From: a virus
Length of the DNA stretch: 64,000 bases
Direction: 5' to 3' (one strand)
IMG/VR virus record: IMGVR_UViG_3300020156_000002
Coordinates: 32,001-96,000 of that record
The notes under the pieces are model-generated. The model saw only the letters and a list, made by a program, of their open reading frames with translations. It made no database searches and was not told the origin of the DNA. A program made the position numbers and the translations under genes. Numbering within the stretch: position 1 is the first letter of the stretch; every line of letters starts with the position of its first letter. Of this stretch, positions 34,668 through 43,804 are shown piece after piece.

Positions 34668-35919
34668 ATATGCCCTTAAAATTTCTGTCTAGTTAATTGT
34701 AGCCGATCCAAAAATTAAAGGTTATAAGCTTATTCAGTGGGATAGGAGCGCAAGAAAGAGGTTTAGAGGAATTAGGGATAGACTATGAGTTACTTAATTA
34801 CTGTGAACTTAACGATGGTAAAGCTAAAGCATATTCATTACTACACAATGAACCATTAGAGAAACGGTGGAAAGATGTTACAAATATTAGTAAAGATAAT
34901 ATTAAGCACTGTGATTTAGTTCTTTATTCACCACCTTGTCAAGCATTCAGCGTTGCCGGAAAGAAAAAAGGGTTGGCAGATATTAGAGGTACACTATTTT
35001 GGAATGCTTTAGATGTTATTAAAGCAGCTAATCCTAAATATGCAATCATGGAAAATGTAGATAATTTGCCAAACAAGTTTACGGATGAATTTAATGAAAT
35101 GCTAAAATGCTTAGATGATGCTGGATATAATAATTATTGGCAAATTATTAATGCGAAAGATTATTGGCCGCAAAACAGAGAAAGAGTATACATAGTTTCT
35201 ATTAGAAAAGATATTGATGATAATACATATAAATTCCCAATAGGAAATGATGAGTCGAATTGGTGGGATAAGATTGATCCTTACGATACAAGAAATTTAA
35301 CAGGAAGACAACAAAGAATGGTTGACTATGTAAAAGGACTAAACCAAGAGGATAACATAAAAATTGAAGGAGTACCACAGTTTGAAAATGCTGTTATTAC
35401 ATTAAGACAAAGTGGATTAAGATTTCAAGCGAATAGAGAACATCCAACAATTACTGCTTACATGGGTAAAGGTGGTGGAAATTTTACTATACTTGCATAC
35501 AAAGGTCATATTGGTGGAATTAAACCTAGAGGTTGTTTTAAGTTAATGGGATTCAAAGAAGAAGATTCTGATATGCTTGAACAGAATGGATTTAGCGTTA
35601 GTTCACTTTACGTAATGGCTGGTGATAGTGTTGTAGTTCCAGTTATAAAAGTGATTGAAAGAAATTTATTAAAGAATTACATACATAATAAATAATAATA
35701 TTAAACATAACAACATCAATTGTAGTTTTGAAATGGAGAATTAGAAAGGAGATTGCATGAGATTTTAAGAAGTTTGTTCTGTAAACATGATTTTGAGCAT
35801 GTTAAAAGAAATGAGTTTACAGATGGAACACTAGATACATATTTTTGTAAGAAATGCGGATGGATAAGAAAAGTTAAGACTAGATAAACTCAACAATTTA
35901 TCGTAATGTTTGAAAGGAA

Positions 35920-36180
35920 GTGAAAGATTTGAATAGAAGGTCAACAGGATTATTTGATTTCAATAATATAGAAGTGTTTGATAAAGACATATTATCACTT
36001 GATAGTGATAATAAAAATACTTGGTTATGCTATTGGAAACCGGAAGAAAATAAATTCGTTTTAAGAAAGAAAAATTATAAAACAGAATGCATGTGTATAT
36101 CTTTTGTTTCTGGATTTTGGAGAGTAATTGGTAATTTAAATGACAATCCAGAGTTATTCAAAGAAAGGAAAATAATATGA
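35920..36180 (+). CDS. YopX-like phage protein (C-terminal-type domain)
   Basis: STGLFDFNNIEVFDKDIL...VIGNLNDNPELF pattern. Confidence 0.7.
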   Translation: MKDLNRRSTGLFDFNNIEVFDKDILSLDSDNKNTWLCYWKPEENKFVLRKKNYKTECMCISFVSGFWRVIGNLNDNPELFKERKII

Positions 36181-36329
36181 AACTATCAAAAGAAAGAGCG
36201 GATAATTTATTAAAAAAATTGATTTTTATGAGTCAAAGAAAGACAACAATATATTTGACGATTTCTATCGGTCTGATTTAGATATTTTTCGTGAGTTAAT
36301 AAATGAAACTATAAGAGAGGAGAAATTAA

Positions 36330-37739
36330 ATGAGCAGTTATTGGGATGATGAACCATATTATTATGAACCATCTGAAGCAGATGAAATATTTTTAGAAGC
36401 AAAGAGTAAATTAGAAAATGCATTAAAAGAATCCATTAAAAACAAAATGGAACAAATACTAGAAGAGAATACGAGTTTAAAAGAAGAGAATCAAAAAATG
36501 AGGGAAAAGGTTAGAGAAATCGAGTGGAAAGAAAAATCATTAGAAAGTAAAGAAAAAGATTTAGAAAGATCAGTGCTATGTAAAAAGTTTTCTGAGATGT
36601 TAAAGCCACTCGAAGAAAAAACACCTATGTACAACGTGGATTATAAATGGGTGTATGGTGATAAATGTAACAAATGTAACGAGAACAGGCAAATAGAATA
36701 TACTCTTCCGTCAGGAAAGCGTGGATACGAGGATTGCACTTGTAAAAAATCTTATGTGGTTTACTATCCTGTATTAAGAGAAGTTGTGTCATTATCTTTA
36801 TATAAAAGTAAAGATTATCCTTACAAAATTTCCGTTACTCCAAAATACGATTCTCCAAGTTATGATGATACATATTGTCATTTTGAACTAAAAACTTATA
36901 TTGAAAATCTTGATGAAACATATGACTTAAAAGAATTATATTATAAGTCAGTTGGATTTAAAACAGAAGAAGATTGCCAAAAGTTATGTGACTATTTAAA
37001 CAAAAAGGAAAAGGTACCTAAGAAAGTTATGGCGAAAACAAAAACCGTGGTCGTAACTGAAGATAGTGATGAAGATTGGGAATAAACCTATATAGAACTA
37101 AGAAAGGAAAAACAATGAAACCAGAAGAACTACTAAACACAGAGTATTCAATTAAATTTGACGAGATACGTAAGAAAATGATGCAAACTAGTTATTATAA
37201 ATTTGGATCAGTAAAAGATAATTATGATACATACAAAGGTTTAAAAGCGATACCCAGCTTACAAGCAAAGTTACAAGAATATTTAGATACTGGTAACACA
37301 GAATTTCTTGCAGACGTAGCTAATTTCGCAATGATTGAATTTATGTATCCATCATTACCAAATGCAAATTATAGACCTTCTGACGGATATAATAATGGAA
37401 GAAGAACAACGATTGGGATTAGTGTTAATGAGATGAAAGATATTAATGATGGGAATGGGGATTGGTGGCTTAAAACCAACTAGAATTTATCATTTATAAT
37501 GAAAGGAGCAGAAAATGAAAGTAATTGAAAGTGTTATTGCAACAGATAAACTTATACAGCTTGAATTGTACTACATAACAAAAATGCCAGATCAACTAAA
37601 AGAATTAAAGAAAACATATTATACGTATCAAAAAATGTTGAATGTGTTTGGTAAAAATAAGAAGTTAAATTTATATGACAAGATATTAAAAGATATGAAT
37701 GAGATACGAGAAGTATATCATATTTATGAAACCAGATAA
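36330..37739 (+). other. Hypothetical ORFs 36330-37085, 37076-37483, 37515-37739
   Basis: ORF track; the first has a coiled coil plus CxxC. Confidence 0.7.
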
Positions 37740-37892
37740 ATGCGTTATTTAATAATAAATAATATAATACGAATAGAAAGGAAAAATAAATGAAATACAT
37801 GGCACAATGTATGGTATTTAAAACAAATATAGATATCAAATGTAGAGCATAAAACCAAATCAATTCAATTATAAGTTTTATAAGGATAATAT

Positions 37893-38915
37893 ATGAAACA
37901 TAAGAAAGGAGATTTAATGAGTAATAATGAAATAACACTAGATGTTTTATTAGATCAAGTAAAAGACGGTGATATATATAAATCGCTATTAGTTACAAAT
38001 CAAAAATTGCTACATTCAGGATATAAAAGTTTAGTAGGTTCAATCAGTGGAGGTAGCGACAGTGATATTTTACTAGATTTATGTTGTAGAGTAGATAATG
38101 ACCGTAAAATTAAGTACGTATTCTTTGATACAGGACTTGAATATGAAGCGACGAAAGAACATCTTAAATATCTCGAAGAAAAATATGGAATTACTATTGA
38201 ACACGCAAAAGCAAAGAAACCAATACCAACATGCTGTAAAACATATGGTCAGCCATTTTTATCAAAACAAGTTAGCGAGTACATAAGTAGATTACAGAAA
38301 CACGAATTTAAATGGGAAGATAAACCTTTTGAAGAATTGTACAAAGAATATCCAAATTGCAAAGTGGGGTTAATGTGGTGGTGCAACGAGTGGGGAGATA
38401 AAAGTAAATTCAACATTAATTATAATAAAGGATTAAAAGAATTTATGATATTGAATCCACCCGATTTCAAAATATCTAACAAATGTTGTGATTATGCAAA
38501 AAAGAAAGTAGCAAAGGATTTTAAAAATATAAATGATATTGATTTAAGTTTAGTTGGTGTTAGAAAAGCCGAAGGCGGTGCTAGATCGTCAGCATACAAG
38601 AATTGTTTTTCTAGTAATAGCGATAAAGCAGATGAATATAGACCTATATTTTGGTATAAAGAAGAAACTAAGCGAGAATATGAAAAGCAGTTTGATGTAA
38701 TACATAGTAGATGTTATTCAGAATATGGATTAAAACGTACTGGTTGTGCTGGCTGTCCATATGGAAAAGATTTTGAGTTTGAATTAGAAGTAATACAAGA
38801 GCATGAGCCAAAATTATACATAGCAGTAAATAATATATTTGGAGATTCGTATAAATATACGAGAAAATATAATGAATTTAAAAGTAGTTATAAACCAAAT
38901 AAAACCATCAATTGA
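37893..38915 (+). CDS. PAPS-reductase-family (PP-loop) protein
   Basis: SISGGSDS, FFDTGLE, CCDYAKK, GVRKAEG and RTGCAGCPY motifs; probable start at MSNNE. Confidence 0.88.
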   Translation: MKHKKGDLMSNNEITLDVLLDQVKDGDIYKSLLVTNQKLLHSGYKSLVGSISGGSDSDILLDLCCRVDNDRKIKYVFFDTGLEYEATKEHLKYLEEKYGITIEHAKAKKPIPTCCKTYGQPFLSKQVSEYISRLQKHEFKWEDKPFEELYKEYPNCKVGLMWWCNEWGDKSKFNINYNKGLKEFMILNPPDFKISNKCCDYAKKKVAKDFKNINDIDLSLVGVRKAEGGARSSAYKNCFSSNSDKADEYRPIFWYKEETKREYEKQFDVIHSRCYSEYGLKRTGCAGCPYGKDFEFELEVIQEHEPKLYIAVNNIFGDSYKYTRKYNEFKSSYKPNKTIN

Positions 38916-38963
38916 AGCGGTAATAAGTAATAATAATAAACAAATAAAGGAGTAAAAACTAAC

Positions 38964-39680
38964 ATGAAAAAGAATAGCGTACTAAGTTGCGTTGGAATTA
39001 TTCTAGCAGCGACATCACTCTTCGTTTTCTCGTGGAAGTCACAAGCAACAACGTCTTCCGCTAATGCATACGAGAGCAGAAGACCAATTAAAAGAGAGGT
39101 TTATTATAATGAATTGGCTATTAGCGAGCCAAGTGAAACATCAGAAGATGTATTAGATAAATCTGAGACTGTAACAACCACATATACAGTTGGTGAAGAA
39201 GAGATATGTGGACTTGAAGTAACCAACTTGAAAATAGATATAAAAGAAATTAAAGCTGCAAAGAAAAAGAAAGCTAAAAAGAAGAAAAAAGAATGCAAAA
39301 ACCGATGGAACATTACACTTACGAAAGATGAAATTAATTTATTGGCAAGAATCGTTTGGGTTGAGTCAAGAGGAGAATCCAATCGAGGTCAAAGAGGAGT
39401 AATTGAAGTAATATTTAACAGAATGAAACATTGGGCATTTAAAGGAAGCTTATATGATGTTTTAAGTGCTAAGTCACAATTTTCATCATGGGGCAGTAGA
39501 AATGAAGCGGCGCCAACAGAAAAAGAGTATAAAAATATTAAGAAAGTACTTAATGGAGAAACTGAAATATTTGATTTTGAAACAGTTTATTTTTCAAGAA
39601 CCAAAAGAAATGATGATATAGCAGATCATATAGGAGCACATTATTTTTGTAGATATGAGTTCAAAAAAGACAAGGAGTGA
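38964..39680 (+). CDS. Exported SleB/Hydrolase_2-family cell wall hydrolase
   Basis: N-terminal signal/TM segment, LLARIVWVESRGE, VIFNR, QFS and IGAHYF motifs. Confidence 0.85.
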   Translation: MKKNSVLSCVGIILAATSLFVFSWKSQATTSSANAYESRRPIKREVYYNELAISEPSETSEDVLDKSETVTTTYTVGEEEICGLEVTNLKIDIKEIKAAKKKKAKKKKKECKNRWNITLTKDEINLLARIVWVESRGESNRGQRGVIEVIFNRMKHWAFKGSLYDVLSAKSQFSSWGSRNEAAPTEKEYKNIKKVLNGETEIFDFETVYFSRTKRNDDIADHIGAHYFCRYEFKKDKE

Positions 39681-40139
39681 TACATATTAGAAGTTTAATT
39701 GAAGAACTAGAGGAAGAAGAAAGAGATGAATGGCAAGATGAACTACGTAGAGCAGATATAGATAGTAGACGTTGTCCTATATGTGGAAGATTATTGGAAG
39801 AAAGAAGAGAGTCATATGAGGCATGGGGAAACAGTTTTACTATACCAGTTTTAATGTGTCCTGAATGCGATTAAGAGAGAGAGGTGAAAATATGGGAGTC
39901 GCAATTATGTCAACAATAGGATTATGTAGTATTTTAATGGTTGGAATGGTGTGTGCATGTGTAAGGATGATGGGATTGTGCAGTAGAGATGAAGAAAAAT
40001 TTTCAGTTTCTAAGGAGATAACTATTGGCGAATGTGAGAAATTGTTCTTAGAAAATGGATATAGAACCGTGATTGAGAATGGCGAAATAGTGAAATTCGT
40101 TGATGAAGAGTAAATTATATTAAACACAAGGAGATATTT

Positions 40140-40706
40140 ATGAAAATAGAAAATACACAGATATATGGGCTAGATAACGCAATTAAATGTAGCAAGTATC
40201 CAATGGCGACAGATACAACCAAAGTGGATACTGAAATAACAAATACAGTTAAAAAATTAGGTAGTTCAGGATTAGGAGAAGGACATAATCAATTTTTAAC
40301 AGGCATTATTGTTCAGTTTGATTTAACATTTTCCAATAAAGCATGGGTGGAATTGCAAAGATATCACTTTATAGATTTTATATCAAGTCAATCCACGATG
40401 CATCGCATATCTAAAATGGATATTAAAGAATCTTGTAATGAATATGTTACAAATAACACCATAAATGAATTGATAAGGCTAAAGGAAATCTATCTAAAAA
40501 CCCAGGATAAAAATGATTATTTAAGACTTCTATATAACATACCATCAGGATTTGAGTTAACGGCAGGAATGACTACCAATTATAGGCAGCTTAAAACAAT
40601 TTTAAATCAACGTAGACAACATAAACTTCCAGACTGGCAAATGTTTTGTGATTGGATTGAAGCGTTACCTATGTTTAAGGAGTTATGTTTAGGAGGTGAT
40701 AAATAG
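40140..40706 (+). CDS. Divergent ThyX-like (flavin-dependent thymidylate synthase fold) protein
   Basis: GHNQFL, ELQRYHF..SSQSTMHR, NIPSG, TTNYRQL and QRRQHKLPDW motifs; located next to a kinase gene. Confidence 0.6.
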   Translation: MKIENTQIYGLDNAIKCSKYPMATDTTKVDTEITNTVKKLGSSGLGEGHNQFLTGIIVQFDLTFSNKAWVELQRYHFIDFISSQSTMHRISKMDIKESCNEYVTNNTINELIRLKEIYLKTQDKNDYLRLLYNIPSGFELTAGMTTNYRQLKTILNQRRQHKLPDWQMFCDWIEALPMFKELCLGGDK

Positions 40707-41266
40707 TGTTAATTATAGTTGGTAAGAGTGCAACAGGAAAAGATACTATTGCTAATGAATTATGTAAGATGGGATATACTCGCATTGTGACATTTACAAC
40801 ACGTCCGAAAAGACCTTTCGAGACAGATGGTATTTCATATAATTTTATTACTGTAGAAGATTTTTTAACAAAATATATTGATGGATTTTTCTTAGAAGCA
40901 AGGCATTACAATACAGAATCAGGTATATGGTTTTATGGGTCAAGTTTTTCAAGCTATGAAAATGCAGATGATAAAACCATATGTATCTTAACACCAAGTG
41001 GTTTACGTAAACTAAGAGAAAATTTCATACCATTTACAGGTTTCTTAATAAATATATCAGATGAAGAAATTATAAAACGTCAAGAACTACGTGGAGATAA
41101 TGCAACAGAAGAAAAGAAGAAAGAAGCTGAAAGAAGATTTAAAACTGATAAGATCGATTTTCAAAACATTAACAATCTAATTGATTTTACGATTAATAAT
41201 GAAAACAGAAGTGCTGAAGAAGTAGCCAAAGAAATTGATAGACTTTATAGAAAAGGATGTGAATAG
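40706..41266 (+). CDS. gmk: Guanylate-kinase-like NMP kinase
   Basis: GKSATGKDT, TTRPKRPFETDGISYNF and WFYG motifs. Confidence 0.85.
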   Translation: MLIIVGKSATGKDTIANELCKMGYTRIVTFTTRPKRPFETDGISYNFITVEDFLTKYIDGFFLEARHYNTESGIWFYGSSFSSYENADDKTICILTPSGLRKLRENFIPFTGFLINISDEEIIKRQELRGDNATEEKKKEAERRFKTDKIDFQNINNLIDFTINNENRSAEEVAKEIDRLYRKGCE

Positions 41267-41689
41267 ATGGACAGGTTTAAGATTTATTTATGTGGTGGAA
41301 TGAGCGGATTAAATATGGCTTCACAAAATGAGTGGAGAGTTAAGTATAAAGAGTGGCTTTTAAAACAAGAAACAAATTATAAATTAACGATTATTAATCC
41401 ATGCGATTATTTTAATTTTGTTAACAAACGTCATATTTCAGAACGTGAGATTATGAATTACGATTTAAATCATGTCAGAACGTCTAATTTATTATTGACT
41501 AATTTCAATTCGCCAAACAGTATAGGAAGTGCTATAGAAATGTATTTAGCAAAAGAATTACATATACCTGTGATTGGAATCAATAAAGGAAATGAGATTC
41601 ATCCTTGGATTTTAGAATGTGTCGACAGAATGTTTGACAATGAGAACGATGCCTTGGAATATATTAAAGATTTTTATTTAGCAGAATAA
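41267..41689 (+). CDS. Nucleoside 2-deoxyribosyltransferase-like / dNMP N-hydrolase
   Basis: KIYLCGGM, WR, INP, YDL and SIGSAIEMYLA...IPVI motifs. Confidence 0.8.
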   Translation: MDRFKIYLCGGMSGLNMASQNEWRVKYKEWLLKQETNYKLTIINPCDYFNFVNKRHISEREIMNYDLNHVRTSNLLLTNFNSPNSIGSAIEMYLAKELHIPVIGINKGNEIHPWILECVDRMFDNENDALEYIKDFYLAE

Positions 41690-41702
41690 GGAGGATTACA
41701 AA

Positions 41703-41891
41703 ATGGTAGATGAAACAAAAGTTTATACAGTAGAGGACATACAGAAAATACTAGGAATTAATAAAAATAGGGCATATTCTTTGTCAACAAGTGGTATATT
41801 TCCTTTTATAAGAATAGGCAAACGAATCATTGTACCTCGTAAAACATTTGATGAATGGATGTACTCTGATTTTGAAAAAGTGATAGAATAA
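41703..41891 (+). CDS. xis: Excisionase / HTH_17 recombination directionality factor
   Basis: YTVEDIQKILGI..AY....FP.IRIGKRIIVP pattern; adjacent to attP and int. Confidence 0.8.
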   Translation: MVDETKVYTVEDIQKILGINKNRAYSLSTSGIFPFIRIGKRIIVPRKTFDEWMYSDFEKVIE

Positions 41892-42107
41892 GAGCGGATT
41901 AAAAATGTGATACATGGACTGATTTTGGTAGAAAATTAGGTAGAAAAATCGTAGTATAAACTGTATAAGAACATATAAAATATTATAAAATCGTTTAATA
42001 ATATATAAACATAAAACACAAAATGAATACCGCATAAACACTGGATTATTATAAGAATGAATAAGATTCTACAATATTATAAAAATCCATATAATGGCAT
42101 AATTTTC

Positions 42108-42152
42108 GGACTCTGACTCCAGCATCTCAAGGTTCGAATCCTTGTAGCCCAG
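42108..42152 (+). tRNA. 3' half of tRNA-Gln(CTG), the attP core (not a complete tRNA)
   Basis: Anticodon arm GGA-CTCTGAC-TCC, T arm CAAGG-TTCGAAT-CCTTG and acceptor strand TAGCCCA-G. No TGGGCTA 5' strand or D arm upstream. Confidence 0.88.
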
Positions 42153-42156
42153 TAAT

Positions 42157-42182
42157 AACACCACTATATGTGGTGTTTTTTA
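42157..42182 (+). terminator. Intrinsic terminator after the tRNA fragment
   Basis: AACACCAC-TATAT-GTGGTGTT followed by a T run. Confidence 0.8.
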
Positions 42183-42341
42183 TTGCTATAACACACTATA
42201 TATAGTGACTGTCGGATAATTGACTACAATATATTGAAAAAGGTAGAAAAATAGGTAGAAAAGTTAATTATTTTATGATATAATTTTCTTGTTAGGTAGA
42301 AAAGTTAGGTAGAAAAATTATCAACAAGGAGATTACAAATT

Positions 42342-43544
42342 ATGTCACGTAAAAAAACAGATATAAAAAATGTATCCTATGATGATGTAAAAAAACTATA
42401 TTATGTTACACTTTATTATGGAACTGACGAAAATAACAAACCAATTAAAAAGACTGTCACCTGTAAAACTAAACCAGAGGCAAAAAATATCATAAAAACA
42501 TTTGAAGCGGATAAAATAAAAGATGAAGTAGTTAAGCCGAAAAACGAAACTTTGGAAGAATGGTTAGATTATTGGTTAGAAAAAGTAGTTAAGCCCATAA
42601 ATGAATCAACAACCTATTGTGGATATAAAGCAATAATAAATCATATAAAGGATGCTGATATAGGTAAAATTCAGATTCAAAAACTAACTCCTAAAGATAT
42701 ACAAGAGTATTTTCAATACAAACTAACAACTCCACCAAAAGGTAAAAAAGAACCTTTGTCTACGAATACGGTAAAAAAGCATTATGTATTATTAAGAACA
42801 GCTTTAGGACTTGCTAAACAACAAGATGTTATTCGTAATAATCCAATGGAAAAAGTGGTGCCACCTAAATACGTTAAACCCAAAATTAACTTCTATAATC
42901 TTGAACAATTACAAAAGTTATTCTCTTTATCTGAAGGAACATTATTAGAACCTGCTGTGTATTTAGCTGGTATGTTAGGATTACGTAGGGAAGAAATCTC
43001 AGGACTGAAGTGGAAAAATGTTGACTTAAAAGAAAATATAATAATTATCGATGAAGTTGCTGTAAGAGCAGATAATGATGTAATTAAAAAGGCACCAAAA
43101 ACATCCACTTCAATTCGTAAATTAATAATACCAGATTTGCTTCGTAATGTGCTAGAAAGAGTTAATAATCAACAAATAGAAAATAGAAAAACTTATTTAA
43201 AAGAAGAAGCCAATGACAATTCAAACATTAATGAAAATGAATATGTAGTATCTAACTTGAACGGAGAACCTTTAAATCCGGCACATCTTTCATCTATGTT
43301 TGCAAAATTCATTAAAAAGAATAATTTGCCAGACATTTCGCTTAGAGGGTTAAGACATTCGGTAGCATCTGTGGCAAATGCATCTGGCGTAACGTTATAT
43401 GATATAAGCAAAATGCTGGGACATGCCAGTCCTGATATTACAGGGAAAGTATATGTTGAAGTCTTTGATAAGCACAACGAAAAAGCTGTTAATTCTGTGG
43501 CAGATGCAATAGGAAACAAAATGAATAACATAAATACAAATTAA
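42342..43544 (+). CDS. int: Tyrosine integrase
   Basis: N-terminal arm-binding domain, GLRREE, PKT, RGLRHS, MLGHAS and C-terminal KVY. Confidence 0.95.
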   Translation: MSRKKTDIKNVSYDDVKKLYYVTLYYGTDENNKPIKKTVTCKTKPEAKNIIKTFEADKIKDEVVKPKNETLEEWLDYWLEKVVKPINESTTYCGYKAIINHIKDADIGKIQIQKLTPKDIQEYFQYKLTTPPKGKKEPLSTNTVKKHYVLLRTALGLAKQQDVIRNNPMEKVVPPKYVKPKINFYNLEQLQKLFSLSEGTLLEPAVYLAGMLGLRREEISGLKWKNVDLKENIIIIDEVAVRADNDVIKKAPKTSTSIRKLIIPDLLRNVLERVNNQQIENRKTYLKEEANDNSNINENEYVVSNLNGEPLNPAHLSSMFAKFIKKNNLPDISLRGLRHSVASVANASGVTLYDISKMLGHASPDITGKVYVEVFDKHNEKAVNSVADAIGNKMNNINTN

Positions 43545-43607
43545 ATATCAAGATGAATGTCCATATAAAATTAAACTCTTTAGATTTTTAGTTCCTTGTA
43601 AATAGCA

Positions 43608-43648
43608 AAAAAATAGGAGACTTCCAATTCTGGTTGTCTCCTATTTTA
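43608..43648. terminator. Bidirectional terminator at the convergence of the two transcription arms
   Basis: AAAATAGGAGAC...GTCTCCTATTTT. Confidence 0.8.
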
Positions 43649-43804
43649 GTAAATGAATTCTGAATATAATTTTCACATTTGGGAATTTCGCTCCCAAAAT
43701 TGGTTGCTTTTTGGGAATAATTTTCCCATTCTAAAATTCACGAAACGCTTGATTTATAAGGTTGGAATCAAGATTTTCGGGCTTTGATTTCTCTTATTCT
43801 TACG

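Larger units (their letters stand above)
33484..34710 (-). mobile_element. IS3-family insertion sequence (1227 bp)
   Basis: TG...CA ends with imperfect IRs TGGATTGTCAACAGTTTTCTAGACA / TGGATCGGCTACAATTAACTAGACA; flanked by AAA on both sides; encodes orfA and orfB. Confidence 0.95.
33475..35695 (+). pseudogene. C5 cytosine DNA methyltransferase interrupted after codon 3 by IS3
   Basis: RBS plus ATG CAG AAA at 33475. After the IS the frame resumes LKVISLFSGIGA (motif I)...SPPCQAFS (IV)...MENV (VI)...PQNRERV (VIII)...AGDSV (X). Confidence 0.9.
30922..38916 (+). repeat. 18-bp junction palindrome, cluster 4
   Basis: Copies: 30922 ATAAAA-TCTAAA-TTTTAT, 31346 AGAAAA-TGTGTA-ATTGAT, 35715 ATCAAT-TGTAGT-TTTGAA, 35884 ATAAAC-TCAACA-ATTTAT, 37480 CTAGAA-TTTATC-ATTTAT, 37736 ATAAAT-GCGTTA-TTTAAT, 38899 ATAAAA-CCATCA-ATTGAA. 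Confidence 0.7.
41927..42316 (+). repeat. Six GGTAGAAAA direct repeats in three pairs: integrase arm-type sites of attP
   Basis: Copies at 41927, 41939 (left of core) and 42242, 42254, 42295, 42308 (right of core). Confidence 0.8.

Noticed and set aside
308-38916. CRISPR array or classical integron attC sites as the explanation of the junction repeats
   Set aside because: The repeats are degenerate, separated by whole ORFs of variable length, and lack RYYYAAC/GTTRRRY ends. No cas or IntI-type gene was seen.
42080-42155. Complete phage-encoded tRNA gene
   Set aside because: The 5' acceptor strand and D arm are absent; the fragment is the attP core.
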